Assembly: GCA_016748015.1 (NCBI GenBank)
Contig: JAAOMT010000703.1
Coordinates: forward strand, 248,001 to 312,000
From: Geosiphon pyriformis uo1
Taxonomy: Eukaryota > Fungi > Glomeromycota
Direction: 5' to 3'
DNA: 64,000 nucleotides
Shown in pieces: positions 53,412 through 64,000 of the stretch (the first letter of the stretch is position 1; each line of letters opens with the position of its first letter). The notes under the pieces are model-generated. The model had not been told where the DNA came from, did not search any database, and saw nothing but the letters and a program-made list of their open reading frames with translations. The position numbers were made by a program, and so were the translations under genes.

Positions 53412-55179
53412 ATGGAAAACGAAAAAGCTGAAACAATATCTGACTCTGTGGAGTTATCAGGAAACGACTAGTAAGGTTTATTAATATATATCATCTTTCG
53501 AGAAATGAATAATAAAGTCATTTTCTCGTCGGGTTTAAAGTGAGAAGAAGAGACTAGAAAATATTAAGCGTAATGAAGAAATACTTCGACAATTGGATCT
53601 CCCTGGAATTGCCAACACCCTCAAACCAACACTTAGGGCCAAAATGCTGAAAGCTAAAACCAAAACGCGTGAAAAACCATTGGTACAGCCAATTCGACAG
53701 TCTCTTCGTCTACGTGGTGTCGCCCCGGATTCTATGGAGGCAAAGCGCAAGGCAACTGAACTGCTTGAAAAAGCGGTGGAGAAACGTGCCCGTAAAGAAG
53801 GGGTATTCGAACTAGATGATGTTGCCGCTGCTAATACTACTCCAGAGAAAACCATTAAACTTAAAATGGTTTTAGAAGAGTTAAACACTAGTGATTCATC
53901 ACATCTTGTGGATAAATTAATAGAGAGTAAGTCGTATGATACCTCTGTCGAACAACTTGTTAGTTCCGATTTTGTGAAAGAAGATCAAAGTATACGTTCG
54001 GTGAGAAAGAATATCAAGAAGTTATCATTACAACCAAATTGGTCTTCAGTCAAAGTAACTCCGGGAAGAATTTATTGCGTTGCCCTTCATCCCTCGAGTG
54101 AAAAAATCTTGGCCTCAGCTGGCGATAAATACGGTGGATTGGGTCTGTGGGATCTTCAAGACAAGGAGATTGATGAAGATGGTGATATACTTCCGGCAAC
54201 TTATAATTATAATCCTCATTCAAGGACAATATCATCTATGATGTATTCTCCGACTAATTCAAATCGCTTATTCACCAGTTCGTTTGATGGGTCTGTACGC
54301 TATTTGGATTTGAATCTGGGAAAATTCAGTGAAGCTATTGTTTCCAATACAAATCTCTATACAAGTATGGATTTTGAACCGAAAGGGAATCGGTTTTATG
54401 CTTCGAGTATCGGCGGAACAGTTAGCGTTTGTGATGTGCGTGAACCAGGATCTTCTCACATTGATTATCAAATGCATGGCCGTAAAATTACTTGTGTTTC
54501 CGTGAATCCAATTTCCCCTAATCTTATTGTTACCTCATCACTGGATCGCACCATCCGGCTCTGGGATATACGCGCTTTGAGTATAGAAGATCCTCAATAT
54601 CTTCAAGAGTGTCATGAAGATAAGGCAATCAGCAGTGTTTATTGGAGTCCTAAAGGAACTCAAATCCTTGCTACTATTTGGGAAGATAATATAAATGTAC
54701 TGAATTACAAGTCGGACACTAAAAAATTAACACAGCATCTTAGAATTGAGCACAATAACAATACTGGAAGGTAATGATTCAATTTAGTTCTTTCCTTATA
54801 ATTTTCGCTTATAATCGATTATTCATTATTAATTATTAATTATTAATTATTAATTAATAGGTGGGTTACTCCTTTTCGAGCGAGATGGAACCATAATCCA
54901 CTCTTACATCCCCACTTTTTGGTGGGCAATATGAGACGATCAGTTGACGTGATATCAGCTATAGATGGCGAATTAATTTGGAATTTAAGAGATGAGAGTA
55001 TAACTGCGATTCCAGGTAAATGATTTCCATTTTCTATTTTAGATATCCCAATCCTTATATTATTGATCTAATGTCTTTGAATTTTTGATTTAGCGGTGAA
55101 TTGTTTCCACCCCAATCTCAACATGATTCTGGGTGGGAATGCTTCTGGTCGAATGATCGTTTGGAGTGATCATTGGTAA
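53412..55179 (+). CDS. CMR1: WD40 DNA damage-binding protein, CMR1/WDR76 homolog, about 509 aa. Exons 53412-53470, 53541-54770, 54861-55015, 55094-55179
   Basis: Three GT-AG introns give a 1530-nt open frame. N-terminal YEKKRLENIKRN, KVTPGRIY, GDKYGGLGLWD, WD repeats, HNNNTGRWVTPFRARW and AIPAVNCFHP..GNASG match the family as I recall it. Confidence 0.9.
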
Positions 55180-55554
55180 TTTAACAGATAGATGTGAATT
55201 AGTTTCTAGGAGGCATATTTGAAATGCTTGTATCAAATTCTGTACATTGTGCCCAATTTAGATAATCAATTGGTTCGTTTTTTTATAAATTTTGCTATCA
55301 AGGGTAACTTGATATTTTAGGATATTCGACCATATTAAATTTTATTTTTCGAAATTTCCTCGCTGATAGAGGTTTTGTTTTAAATGATGATTACCAAAAT
55401 AAATAGATTTTTAACAACCCTAAGAAATCTAGGAAAAGCCTATCATCCTATCCCTGATTTCAATACTAGGTATAACATAAATCCAATAAATTTAAGATGT
55501 GGATCTTAACGCTTCACAAACGGTTTGCCTTTCACGCCAATCTATTTTGAGTTA

Positions 55555-57618
55555 CTATCCTCTCCTTTGAAAACCACGACCCCTATATGGCCGACGACCC
55601 CGATATATGCCATGAGCAGAAAATTGATCAGGGTTATGCCCATTAAATCCCCTTCTTTTTTCATCATTCTCCCTTTTGTTACGTTCCCCTAGGTTAAAGC
55701 TTAAACCTCGGGCACAACCATAAATGTCCAGTTTCTTTACCTCAGGAGAATTGGGATCCCAACCGCTTGGGGGTGGGATAGCTGGTTCGACCAATTTGCG
55801 GAGATAGTATAGTTCATTTATAGTATATGGTTGTTGATGATAACCATTGTTGTAACTTTCTTGAACAGCTTTAATTAACATCTCTGTTATTGCAGTTTTC
55901 CAACTGTTTTGAGGCAGCGGTAGATCCAGTATCTTGAAAAACACATCAAAACTTTTGACTGCATAAATTTGTTTTATTAGTTGTAACAGTGATTGACTCA
56001 TTTCTCCAGAAGGAAAACCGTATCGTCGACTCATGTCACCGCTTGCTTGGGTCATTCGAAGGAATAAAATTTGAAACATTACTAATCGCAATGATGTGCC
56101 ACTGGCATCAAATGATTCCTGAATTCGTTTTTCAGATTTGTAAGTCGAAGGCTCCAAGTAACCTAGGTGAGGCGATGAACCAAGATACCAAACAACATTA
56201 CGAGCGAATAACTCTTGAAGAAAGCATTCAAAAAACTTGGGCCAGTCGATGTCTTTTGCCAAAAGGAGGTAAATGATGAACTCGCCCAAGTTTGGTGTTG
56301 CTTGCTTCAAACGATTTTCACGTTTCTTTATAAACAATATGATTTTTTGTTGTGCCTCTTTTTGAATTTGAGGATAATGCTCAGAAAGTTTCAAAAAAAG
56401 ATGAAGTAAAAGACAGTATCCTTGCAAAGCTTTTTCAGATGCTTGCAAGATCTTTCCCCCACCATGCCTATCTTGATCACAGGCTTGCATCAGATTTACA
56501 ACCATCATGTTCATCATGCCTGGTATTGTACGAAGAATGACTAAGGGGGTCCATTTGGATTTCGGAGGTTCACGTAATTCCATTAATGTTGTTTTGATAA
56601 TTGGTAGTGCACGCTCAAAATGTGAATTGTTAAGAACAACAGGAAGGAAATGAGTGAAAGACTGTCCCCATACACCTTCTCTTAAGGAGTGATTTTTGAA
56701 AGCCTCGTATGAAAAGAAATCGAACTCATTGATCGTGAGTGCTCGTTTGGAAATGTTATTACCGCTGGCATGAACGCCAACTCCAAGTATACATTGCTGG
56801 AACGGTTTTCGGAGATAAAAGCATATCAATTGTCTTCGAATGAGAATGTTGTAAGCACGCACAATTCGGTTTACACGGGGATATGCCTCAGATAGGATCA
56901 CAATATCACGTTCTGAAAGCAATTCAATTATATGGAGCCAACAATCGTCAGACAAAATATCTTTGGAGATTGATGGAGGCATTTGCTTTGATTGATTTTC
57001 GGCTTTTTCAACGGTTATCGAAGGTAGATCCACTTCAATTATTGAAGCTCCAAAATCGGCATTAATTAATTCGTTTTCACTTAAAACAACTTTAATTTTG
57101 TCGTTGAAACCACATTTACTACATTTGTAAAATTGAACGGCATCTTTATTACGAGTGCGAAAAGTAGCCAAATCAGAATAGAGATCACCTATACTATATT
57201 TATAGCCACCCGATTGTTCAACGTCATCCTCTGAGAAAAAACTGAGCAACTGAAGAAAAATATATTTCAGTAGGTACCCAGGAGTATAACCACCATTATA
57301 AGACATTGATCTTATATCTGGTCCCATTCCTAACTTTTCATGCGCCTGCAAAATGTCGCAACAGATTAAGCCATCGCCTAACACATTGGGATGGCTGACA
57401 AGAGTCTGGATAGTGACATCAGGTGCTGCACGAGGATAATTTTCAGGTACTTTGACATCAAGATGTAAACGTAAACCATGAAAAGGCCCTTGTTGTGGAG
57501 TTAAAATAAGACACATGCAAGTAACGTCTTCTTGTATAAACACTTGGATTCCTTTCATTGGTTCATCGTAAAGTTCTTTAATTTCACGGTAAATTCGTGA
57601 CAAACACGCTGAAGACAT
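55555..57618 (-). CDS. Ubiquitin-conjugating enzyme (E2/UBC) domain protein with F-box-like motif, large uncharacterised C-terminal domain and RG-rich tail, 687 aa
   Basis: RIYREIKEL..GPFHG..PENYPRAAP..HPNV..ICCDIL with the catalytic Cys position retained. Uninterrupted 2064-nt ORF of normal composition. Confidence 0.88.
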   Translation of the reverse strand: MSSACLSRIYREIKELYDEPMKGIQVFIQEDVTCMCLILTPQQGPFHGLRLHLDVKVPENYPRAAPDVTIQTLVSHPNVLGDGLICCDILQAHEKLGMGPDIRSMSYNGGYTPGYLLKYIFLQLLSFFSEDDVEQSGGYKYSIGDLYSDLATFRTRNKDAVQFYKCSKCGFNDKIKVVLSENELINADFGASIIEVDLPSITVEKAENQSKQMPPSISKDILSDDCWLHIIELLSERDIVILSEAYPRVNRIVRAYNILIRRQLICFYLRKPFQQCILGVGVHASGNNISKRALTINEFDFFSYEAFKNHSLREGVWGQSFTHFLPVVLNNSHFERALPIIKTTLMELREPPKSKWTPLVILRTIPGMMNMMVVNLMQACDQDRHGGGKILQASEKALQGYCLLLHLFLKLSEHYPQIQKEAQQKIILFIKKRENRLKQATPNLGEFIIYLLLAKDIDWPKFFECFLQELFARNVVWYLGSSPHLGYLEPSTYKSEKRIQESFDASGTSLRLVMFQILFLRMTQASGDMSRRYGFPSGEMSQSLLQLIKQIYAVKSFDVFFKILDLPLPQNSWKTAITEMLIKAVQESYNNGYHQQPYTINELYYLRKLVEPAIPPPSGWDPNSPEVKKLDIYGCARGLSFNLGERNKRENDEKRRGFNGHNPDQFSAHGIYRGRRPYRGRGFQRRG

Positions 57619-57905
57619 GCTATTAGAAGTGGGTTGATGTGGTAGTTAATAGATTTTTACAAGTATGGAAATTGAGACTTCATAAGATATTTTTCTGCGA
57701 GACAAATTAATTCATGAATTAAAGAATGAATTTTGACTTTTAAAAAGTGTTAAAGAGTAGAGAAATTTCCAACTCATTATATATAAATCCAAAGGAAGAC
57801 TGCGGATGTGAAAGTACCTCTGCGGCCCAAAAGGCAAATATTTAATAATTTTACGCAGCAGTACTAATATAATAGATTTTTTACAGTTATTACTGGTCCC
57901 ATAAA

Positions 57906-58085
57906 TAGAGTCGAGTCAACTCTCTTTGACTCAGTACCTGACTCGACTCGCCGAGTCTTATATATAACTAGGTCAAATCTCAATTTAGGCATTATTTTTT
58001 CTATTGGTTGAGAAAAAAGTTTTACCAATTAAGTTTCTACACGTGACAAATAACGAGTCGAGTCGGGCTACTAAACTCGACCCGA
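57906..58085. repeat. CpG-rich GAGTC/GACTC inverted-repeat cluster upstream of the UBC gene
   Basis: GAGTCGAGTCA (57908-57918) and TGACTCGACTC (57939-57949) form a perfect 11-bp inverted repeat. A second imperfect pair, CGAGTCGAGT..ACTCGACCCG, lies at about 58055-58084. Confidence 0.65.
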
Positions 58086-58297
58086 TTTCTTAATAATTTT
58101 ATTATATGAATAATCAAAATAATTATTTAGTTATTATAAATAATTAATTACAATTTATAATAAAATATATTGCAAATTAAGTTAATAACATTTATTTAAA
58201 AATTCTATAATTATGCCAAAAAGAGATAATATATAATAATAATAATTATTATTATTGTTATTTTTTATATGTTAAAAATTAATTACATATTTTAATT

Positions 58298-60570
58298 TTT
58301 TTTTTTATATTATTTAATGAGTGAGGTCCAAACACTACCTAGCACTATATATCAAAGAAACGATCTAAACTAAACATGAATCATGCACTTTTTACACATA
58401 ACCAGTCACTCGGACTGATCAGAACAACACTACACAGCTATATAAATAAAGACCAAGTCACTTATACTTGAGAAAAATGAACAAAATTTGCAGAACCCAA
58501 AACAAATACCAAAAGCTTCAGTAATATCAAGCAATTTAATCACATCAGTAGAAAACCCCGATGTCAAACCAGAAATTGACACAAAAGCCAATATTATGAG
58601 ATGGTTTTCTTGTTATATTTAATTGCCGATATCCTATTTTAATTGCAATTAGTCTTTTATAAGTTCCTCAATTCTATTTGTGTGATAATGTTACTGTTAT
58701 ACTGAAGGCTTTTTTTTTAATGTTGCGATATAAGTTATTCTTCAATTCCTGATTGTTGTGTGTGTTTATGTATTCTTTCTCAGAGGCTGAACTGAAATTT
58801 ACTTGCTGTCTGGGGTCTTTTCTGAGGCTATTCTTGCAATTGCCTGATGTGTTTCTCTAATCTAGAAACACAGAAGGTTAATGGTCTTTAGCACTTTTTC
58901 TAATTCTTACAATAAAGCTTTTATCAATTAATAACAACGTGAATAATCTTGATCAAGGATTATTCTTCCAAGAAATTCAGTTGATGAATAATAGTTTCAT
59001 TCAATAAATAATACAAGTAAGTTTCTTAATACTTTGGGTTGTGATAATTCAGTTTTAAATATTCTTTTTCATTTCTTTTTGATTTAAAGGTTTCTTGGGA
59101 TATTTAATTTGAAAGTATGATTTAAAGTGGAGTTTGTTGGATAAAATTGGATCTATTGCTTGATAAATTATGATTTTTATTACTTGATTCTTTTTTCTCA
59201 ATATTAAAACTACTGTATATATACATGTTTGTAGTTCTATGAGAAAACACATTGTAATACTTTCTTTTTGATATTTCAATCTGGTGTTTGTTGTTATCAC
59301 CAGTTGGTGTTGGCTGCTATTGTGAACTGATGCTTGCCACTATTGCAAGATGGTATTTGCTACTATGTTAATCATTACCTTTCTAAGATTATTACTGCAC
59401 TATATTATGATTGAATAGTTTATATTATTTTTATGATTCTTTTGCTAAATTCTTAAACCATAATACCGAATCATTTAATGAAATTAATCCAACATTTTCC
59501 ATATAGGCACAATATTTAGCATGAATCATCCAAACATCATCCCTAAAGATGAGACCAAAAGAGTGCACAAATTTGACAACCTCCAAGCTGGCAACCTTGA
59601 GATTGCAGAAGACAGAAATGGCCTCACAAAACCAACTATCAAAAACAAAACTCTTATAAAGAACCATAGATACAGAGAAATCAGAAACACAAAATAATAA
59701 CAGTTGTAGCACACTTGAAGAGAAGTAAAAGAGACCAGAAAGAGTCTTCCATGAAGCCATGTGGGAGTCTAATATTCAATGCCTAGCAGAATCATTGATC
59801 TTACAAAAAAACACATAATTCAACATTTCCATATTACCACAATACAAACATAATACATTAGGATAACGTTTATCATAAAGTCACTTCTGAATGGCAACAG
59901 ACAGTTGATGATACAAGGCTTTTATAAAGTAAGTACATGCACTAGCCAAGAGCTTACTGGTAAAATCAGCAGTCATGTGCAAATTAGAATACCATACCAG
60001 TGATAAGCGGAGCCAATTAACCTTAAAAAGCAAATTATTTGTCAAAAACTTGGACTTAGAACCAACCTCCCAGCATGTATGACAAATGGAATAATAAACA
60101 TCACACACAAAATATCTAAAATTGCCAGAAACAACATTCATCCAAGCAAAGAAAAAGATGTCAACTAGAAAAAGAGATGGCATCAGCAATTATGTCAGTA
60201 TGTTCATTCTCTGAAATATCAGAGTGACTCTTTACCTTGTGCTAACTAACCCTCAAATTCTTATTATGAATGACATTAACAATATGCTGATGCTTAACTC
60301 AATACTAATTGCGAAAGTCAGAATACACCAGACCCAATTCTAACTTACAAGCATCCAAAGCAGACTGACTATCTAAAAACAAGCAAACAGAGCTAGATAA
60401 GAGAACACACTTTAAGGCCAATGCAATAGCCTGTAATTCTGCCATAGTTGACAATATCAAACCTGATACACTAATGTTCAAACCCAAATTAATGTTCTTA
60501 AAAAAAACAGCAACACCAGCTTTACAGTCAACCATGCCCAAATCCTTCAGAGACCTATCTGTATATACAA
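58298..60570 (-). mobile_element. 5'-truncated LINE (RNase H, CCHC-type knuckle, 3' UTR, poly-A) interrupted by a solo LTR
   Basis: Begins VYTD(R)SLKDLG..AELQAIALAL..DSQ..KVK(S)HS. T-run at about 58298-58306. TSD atattttaatt at 58287-58297 and 60571-60581. Confidence 0.85.
58592..59465. mobile_element. Solo LTR of another family
   Basis: 874 bp with inverted ends tattatg...cataata and TSD CCAA/CCGA. Removing it restores the LINE frame (LNDS|AFVSISG). Confidence 0.78.
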
Positions 60571-61189
60571 ATATTTTAATTCTAATTAAATTATTTTTTA
60601 GATAATATTATCTTATAAAATTACAAATTTTTTGCATATTTTACAAAATTAATTAAAGTTTATAATTTTTTTAAAGTATTTTCAATTATAAAACCCATTA
60701 AAATTAAGTTAAAATATTTTTTAAAACAGAAAAATTGTTATAAAATTTGCTGTAAACAAAATTTTTTTTTCTAGCTATTTTAATTAAAAAAATTGGTTTA
60801 ATATTTAAAAAAATTTTACTTATAAAGTTTAAAAATTATAAATATTTAAGTTTTTTTTAAAACGTAAAAATTAATTTATACAATAAATACAGATTTAATA
60901 AGTTTAAAAATAATTATAAAACAAATTTAACATAATTTTTTCAAAACTTATTAATATTAATATAAATAAATTTTTAATTATACTAAATAATTTATTAAAA
61001 TCAATTATATTTATTATAATAAAAAATATATTTTTATTTATATAAATTATTAAAACATATTAATAATATTACAAATTAGAAATAAAATTTATTATAATTC
61101 TTTTTTTTGTATAATTTATTATTATTTTATTTATTTTAAATTTAATATTGTTAAATTTTAAAATTTTTTTTTATTTAGTTTAATAAATA

Positions 61190-61350
61190 TAGTCTAATTA
61201 CTATCTAAATATATATAATATATATATATTATAAATTAAATACAATTCATATATTTACTATATATAACCAGCCAATTTAGGCCAATTAAGACTATATTAC
61301 AAACTAATTACTACTGTTATATTACCATCTAAATTCAAAAAAAAACAAAT
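61190..61350 (-). mobile_element. Possible very decayed LINE 3' end
   Basis: tatataaccagccaatttaggccaattaagac resembles the LINE UTR ataaccagtcactcggactgatcagaac at about 58400. Confidence 0.4.
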
Positions 61351-61695
61351 ATTTAAAATACATATCAAAAAACACACTTCTATTTTTTTCTATATTAAAC
61401 AATATGATTGTTTTGTTACTTAATTTATTTATATTAGTAATATTATAAGACATTATATTATTATTAGCAAATAATAAATTTTTTTTTTATATAAGTTTTG
61501 TATTTAAATTTGTAATATTATATTTCAGATCTGTAAATTAATGCCAAGTTTTTTATAAATGCAGCAACTTATTTATTAATCAGTCTAAAATTGCCAAAAA
61601 CGGCTAAAGCTTTATAGTATTAGTTTTTGAACACAAAATTTTTTGTCAAAGTAGAATACAAACTGATATTTTGCACACAAAAAGATAAATTCTGG

Positions 61696-63510
61696 TGTTA
61701 TTTATAAAAAAAAAATACAAAAAATAAGAAAAACAAATCAAAAAAAATAGGCCAATAAAAAAATAGAACTTAATATGTAAGCATATTTTTAAGAAATTAT
61801 AATATATTATTTAAAAATATGCACATTTACAAAAAATAAACACATTTTCAAAAAATCATGGTTTATTGTTCAGAAATAAACACAATTTTAGAAAGTAACA
61901 TAGAAAAAAGTAGGAATATATAAGATCTTGTATAATAGAAATAATATATATAACAATAATATTAAAAGTAAGAAAAAAAAAATAAGAAACTATTTATCCA
62001 ATTTATATTTAGACAAGTTTTGAGTTAGTTAATAATAAATATTTATAACATATTTCTCTTTTCAATAGATAATTTGCTATATCTTGAAGTGAAATCATCC
62101 AAATATTAAATAAAATTATTGTCTTATTATCTAATTTATGTTATTTTTTTTCTTATTTTCTTTTTTTTGTTTTGTGTTGAGTACTAATTAATAAAAAAAT
62201 TAAACAATAAGATATTAATATTAAAAATAACCTGGTAAAAGACTTGGAAACAAGAATAAAAAACTTAAAAATAGCTTACCAAAAAAACATAACTGCTAGA
62301 TTAAATCAATCTTTATGCTAAAGAAAAAAAATTGAAAAAACAACTATCAAGTAAATCTCTGTTTATTATACAAAAAACTTAATTTAAAATCTTTAAACCC
62401 AAAAATCTTTAGAAACCATTTATAGTATTATTAATTATTAAGTACTAAGTTATGGATTTGTTATTTATTTTAATATTTTAAATAATTACTTATAACATTT
62501 GGTGTTTCTTGTAAAATATAATCCAACAGAAAACAAATATTATTAACAACTATTCAGAAAAATAGCAGACCAAGAAATTATAGAAAAAAATTACTTAAAA
62601 TTTGCAAAATTTTTATCCTAATATTATTAAATTTATCTTGAACTAATAAATAATTATTGGTCAATAGAATCAGTTTTTAATTTTTACATTAACAAAAAAA
62701 TTAGATATTACTTAAGAAAACAAAAAAATTTTAATACAGTCATCAGATTTTTCTACAATAAACTGCTATAATACATTAGTTTTTTACAAAATTATAGCTT
62801 TGTCTCAATAATTACAGATAAATTATAAAATTAAAAAATACATTAAACAGAGATTTTTTATTATTTTTGTTGACAAAAAAAAGAAAAGTTACAAATTTCA
62901 GGAGAAACTTCAAAAAAAATACAACTGTCTATTTAAAAGAAACCAAAAATTGTTTTACTTATTAACCTATTAACTTATTATATACTCAAAAGTACTATCA
63001 ACATATTTTTAGAAGTTATATTATTATTAATTATAAAGATATCTATAACTCAAGACTTATTTTAAAACAATTAGAAAAAATTATAATTATTGAGAACATA
63101 TAGTTATTATTTTGAGAAACTTAAATTTTTTTTTTATTACATTTCACAAGTGAGATCTAAACACTACCTAGTATAATACATCAATTGACTAATCTAAACT
63201 AAGCATGAATCATGCATTTTCTACACACAACTAGCCATTTGGACCAATTAAAATCACACTAAACACCTATATGTATCAAGACTAAGTCTCCAACTTCTGA
63301 GAAAAACAAACAAAACTTATAAAAACCAAAACCAACACCAATTGTCTTAGCAATACTCAGCAACTTACAACACCCACAGAAAGCAATATAGACAGCTCTA
63401 AAACTGAAACTAAAGCCAAACTGTCACTAGGTATCATCTCACTCTTCTCTAAAACTTAAATTATAACAAATAATATTGTTAGGACTTTAATCACTGCTTT
63501 TATCAATAGA
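61696..63510 (+). mobile_element. Element H: decayed 5' LTR (61696-62497), PBS relic and gag N-terminus of the dUTPase-Gypsy family
   Basis: tgttattt...tataaca followed by tttggtgtttcttg; relics LKFAK.. and ESVFNFYINKK match the gag N-terminus. Confidence 0.75.
63128..63450 (-). mobile_element. Short LINE 3' fragment inserted in H gag
   Basis: Homologous to 58310-58590, with a T-run and TSD aaacttaaatt at 63117-63127 and 63452-63462. Confidence 0.8.
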
Positions 63511-64000
63511 ATTTTAATTATTAATTAACATAAAATTACTCTTATAATTTTTATTAATAATTAGAATATAATATTATCATTTTAATTATTATTTATTATT
63601 TAATTAAATTATTAAATATTACTATTTAATTAATAAACTGATTAGTATAATACACAAATTTAATAATCAAATTATGTAGTATACTAAACTCTATGACATT
63701 TAAGAATTTGCAAAAATTTGCAAAATATTTTAATAATTTACCAAAATTATTTATAGTTCATAAAAATAACTTATAATTTATCAAAATATATTCTTAGTTT
63801 GTCAAAATTATAACAAAGAAAAAGTTCAAGTTTATAGAATAGTATTATAACAAGTTGTATAAAAAAAGAACTTTTTTTTGAAAAAATATATTTTATCTCA
63901 ATTAAAATTATTTTATCTATCTTAAAATATTTTTACTTTTATCAATAAAATAAATACTTTGAAAACAAAATTATTGATTATTTGTATTTAAAATTTTCCA

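Noticed and set aside
53535-53888. Antisense ORF with a signal-peptide-like start, plus other short ORFs opposite CMR1 and the UBC gene
   Set aside because: They are shadows of well-supported genes on the other strand and have no independent motifs.
54820-54860. (TTAATTA)n microsatellite
   Set aside because: A short AT repeat inside CMR1 intron 2, unremarkable in this genome.

Overview
This is very AT-rich eukaryotic DNA, probably from a glomeromycotan fungus (I recall these peptide families from Geosiphon-type annotations; not verified). Positions 1-50000 are a nested stack of Ty3/Gypsy LTR retrotransposons inside one RNase H-bearing LINE. LTR pairs and 4-bp target-site duplications (TSDs) give the nesting LINE > D > A > (E; B > (F; C)), with element G alongside D. 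The youngest copy, C (30024-40214, minus), keeps gag-PR-Cys-rich insert-dUTPase-RT-RNaseH-IN and a downstream ORF3 in one reading frame broken only by stop codons. Its two LTRs differ at about 49 sites counted by eye. All are C/T or G/A transitions and most are outside CpG, which points to a RIP-like repeat hypermutation process. The LTRs carry a conserved hairpin in which a tRNA-3'-end mimic pairs with the primer binding site (PBS). A small unmutated island (about 52200-58100) holds a Tc1/mariner relic, a 4-exon CMR1/WDR76 WD40 gene and a convergent single-exon gene encoding E2(UBC), an F-box-like motif and a large unknown domain. More LINE and LTR relics and near-pure AT tracts follow. All alignments were done by eye, so coordinates of decayed elements are approximate.
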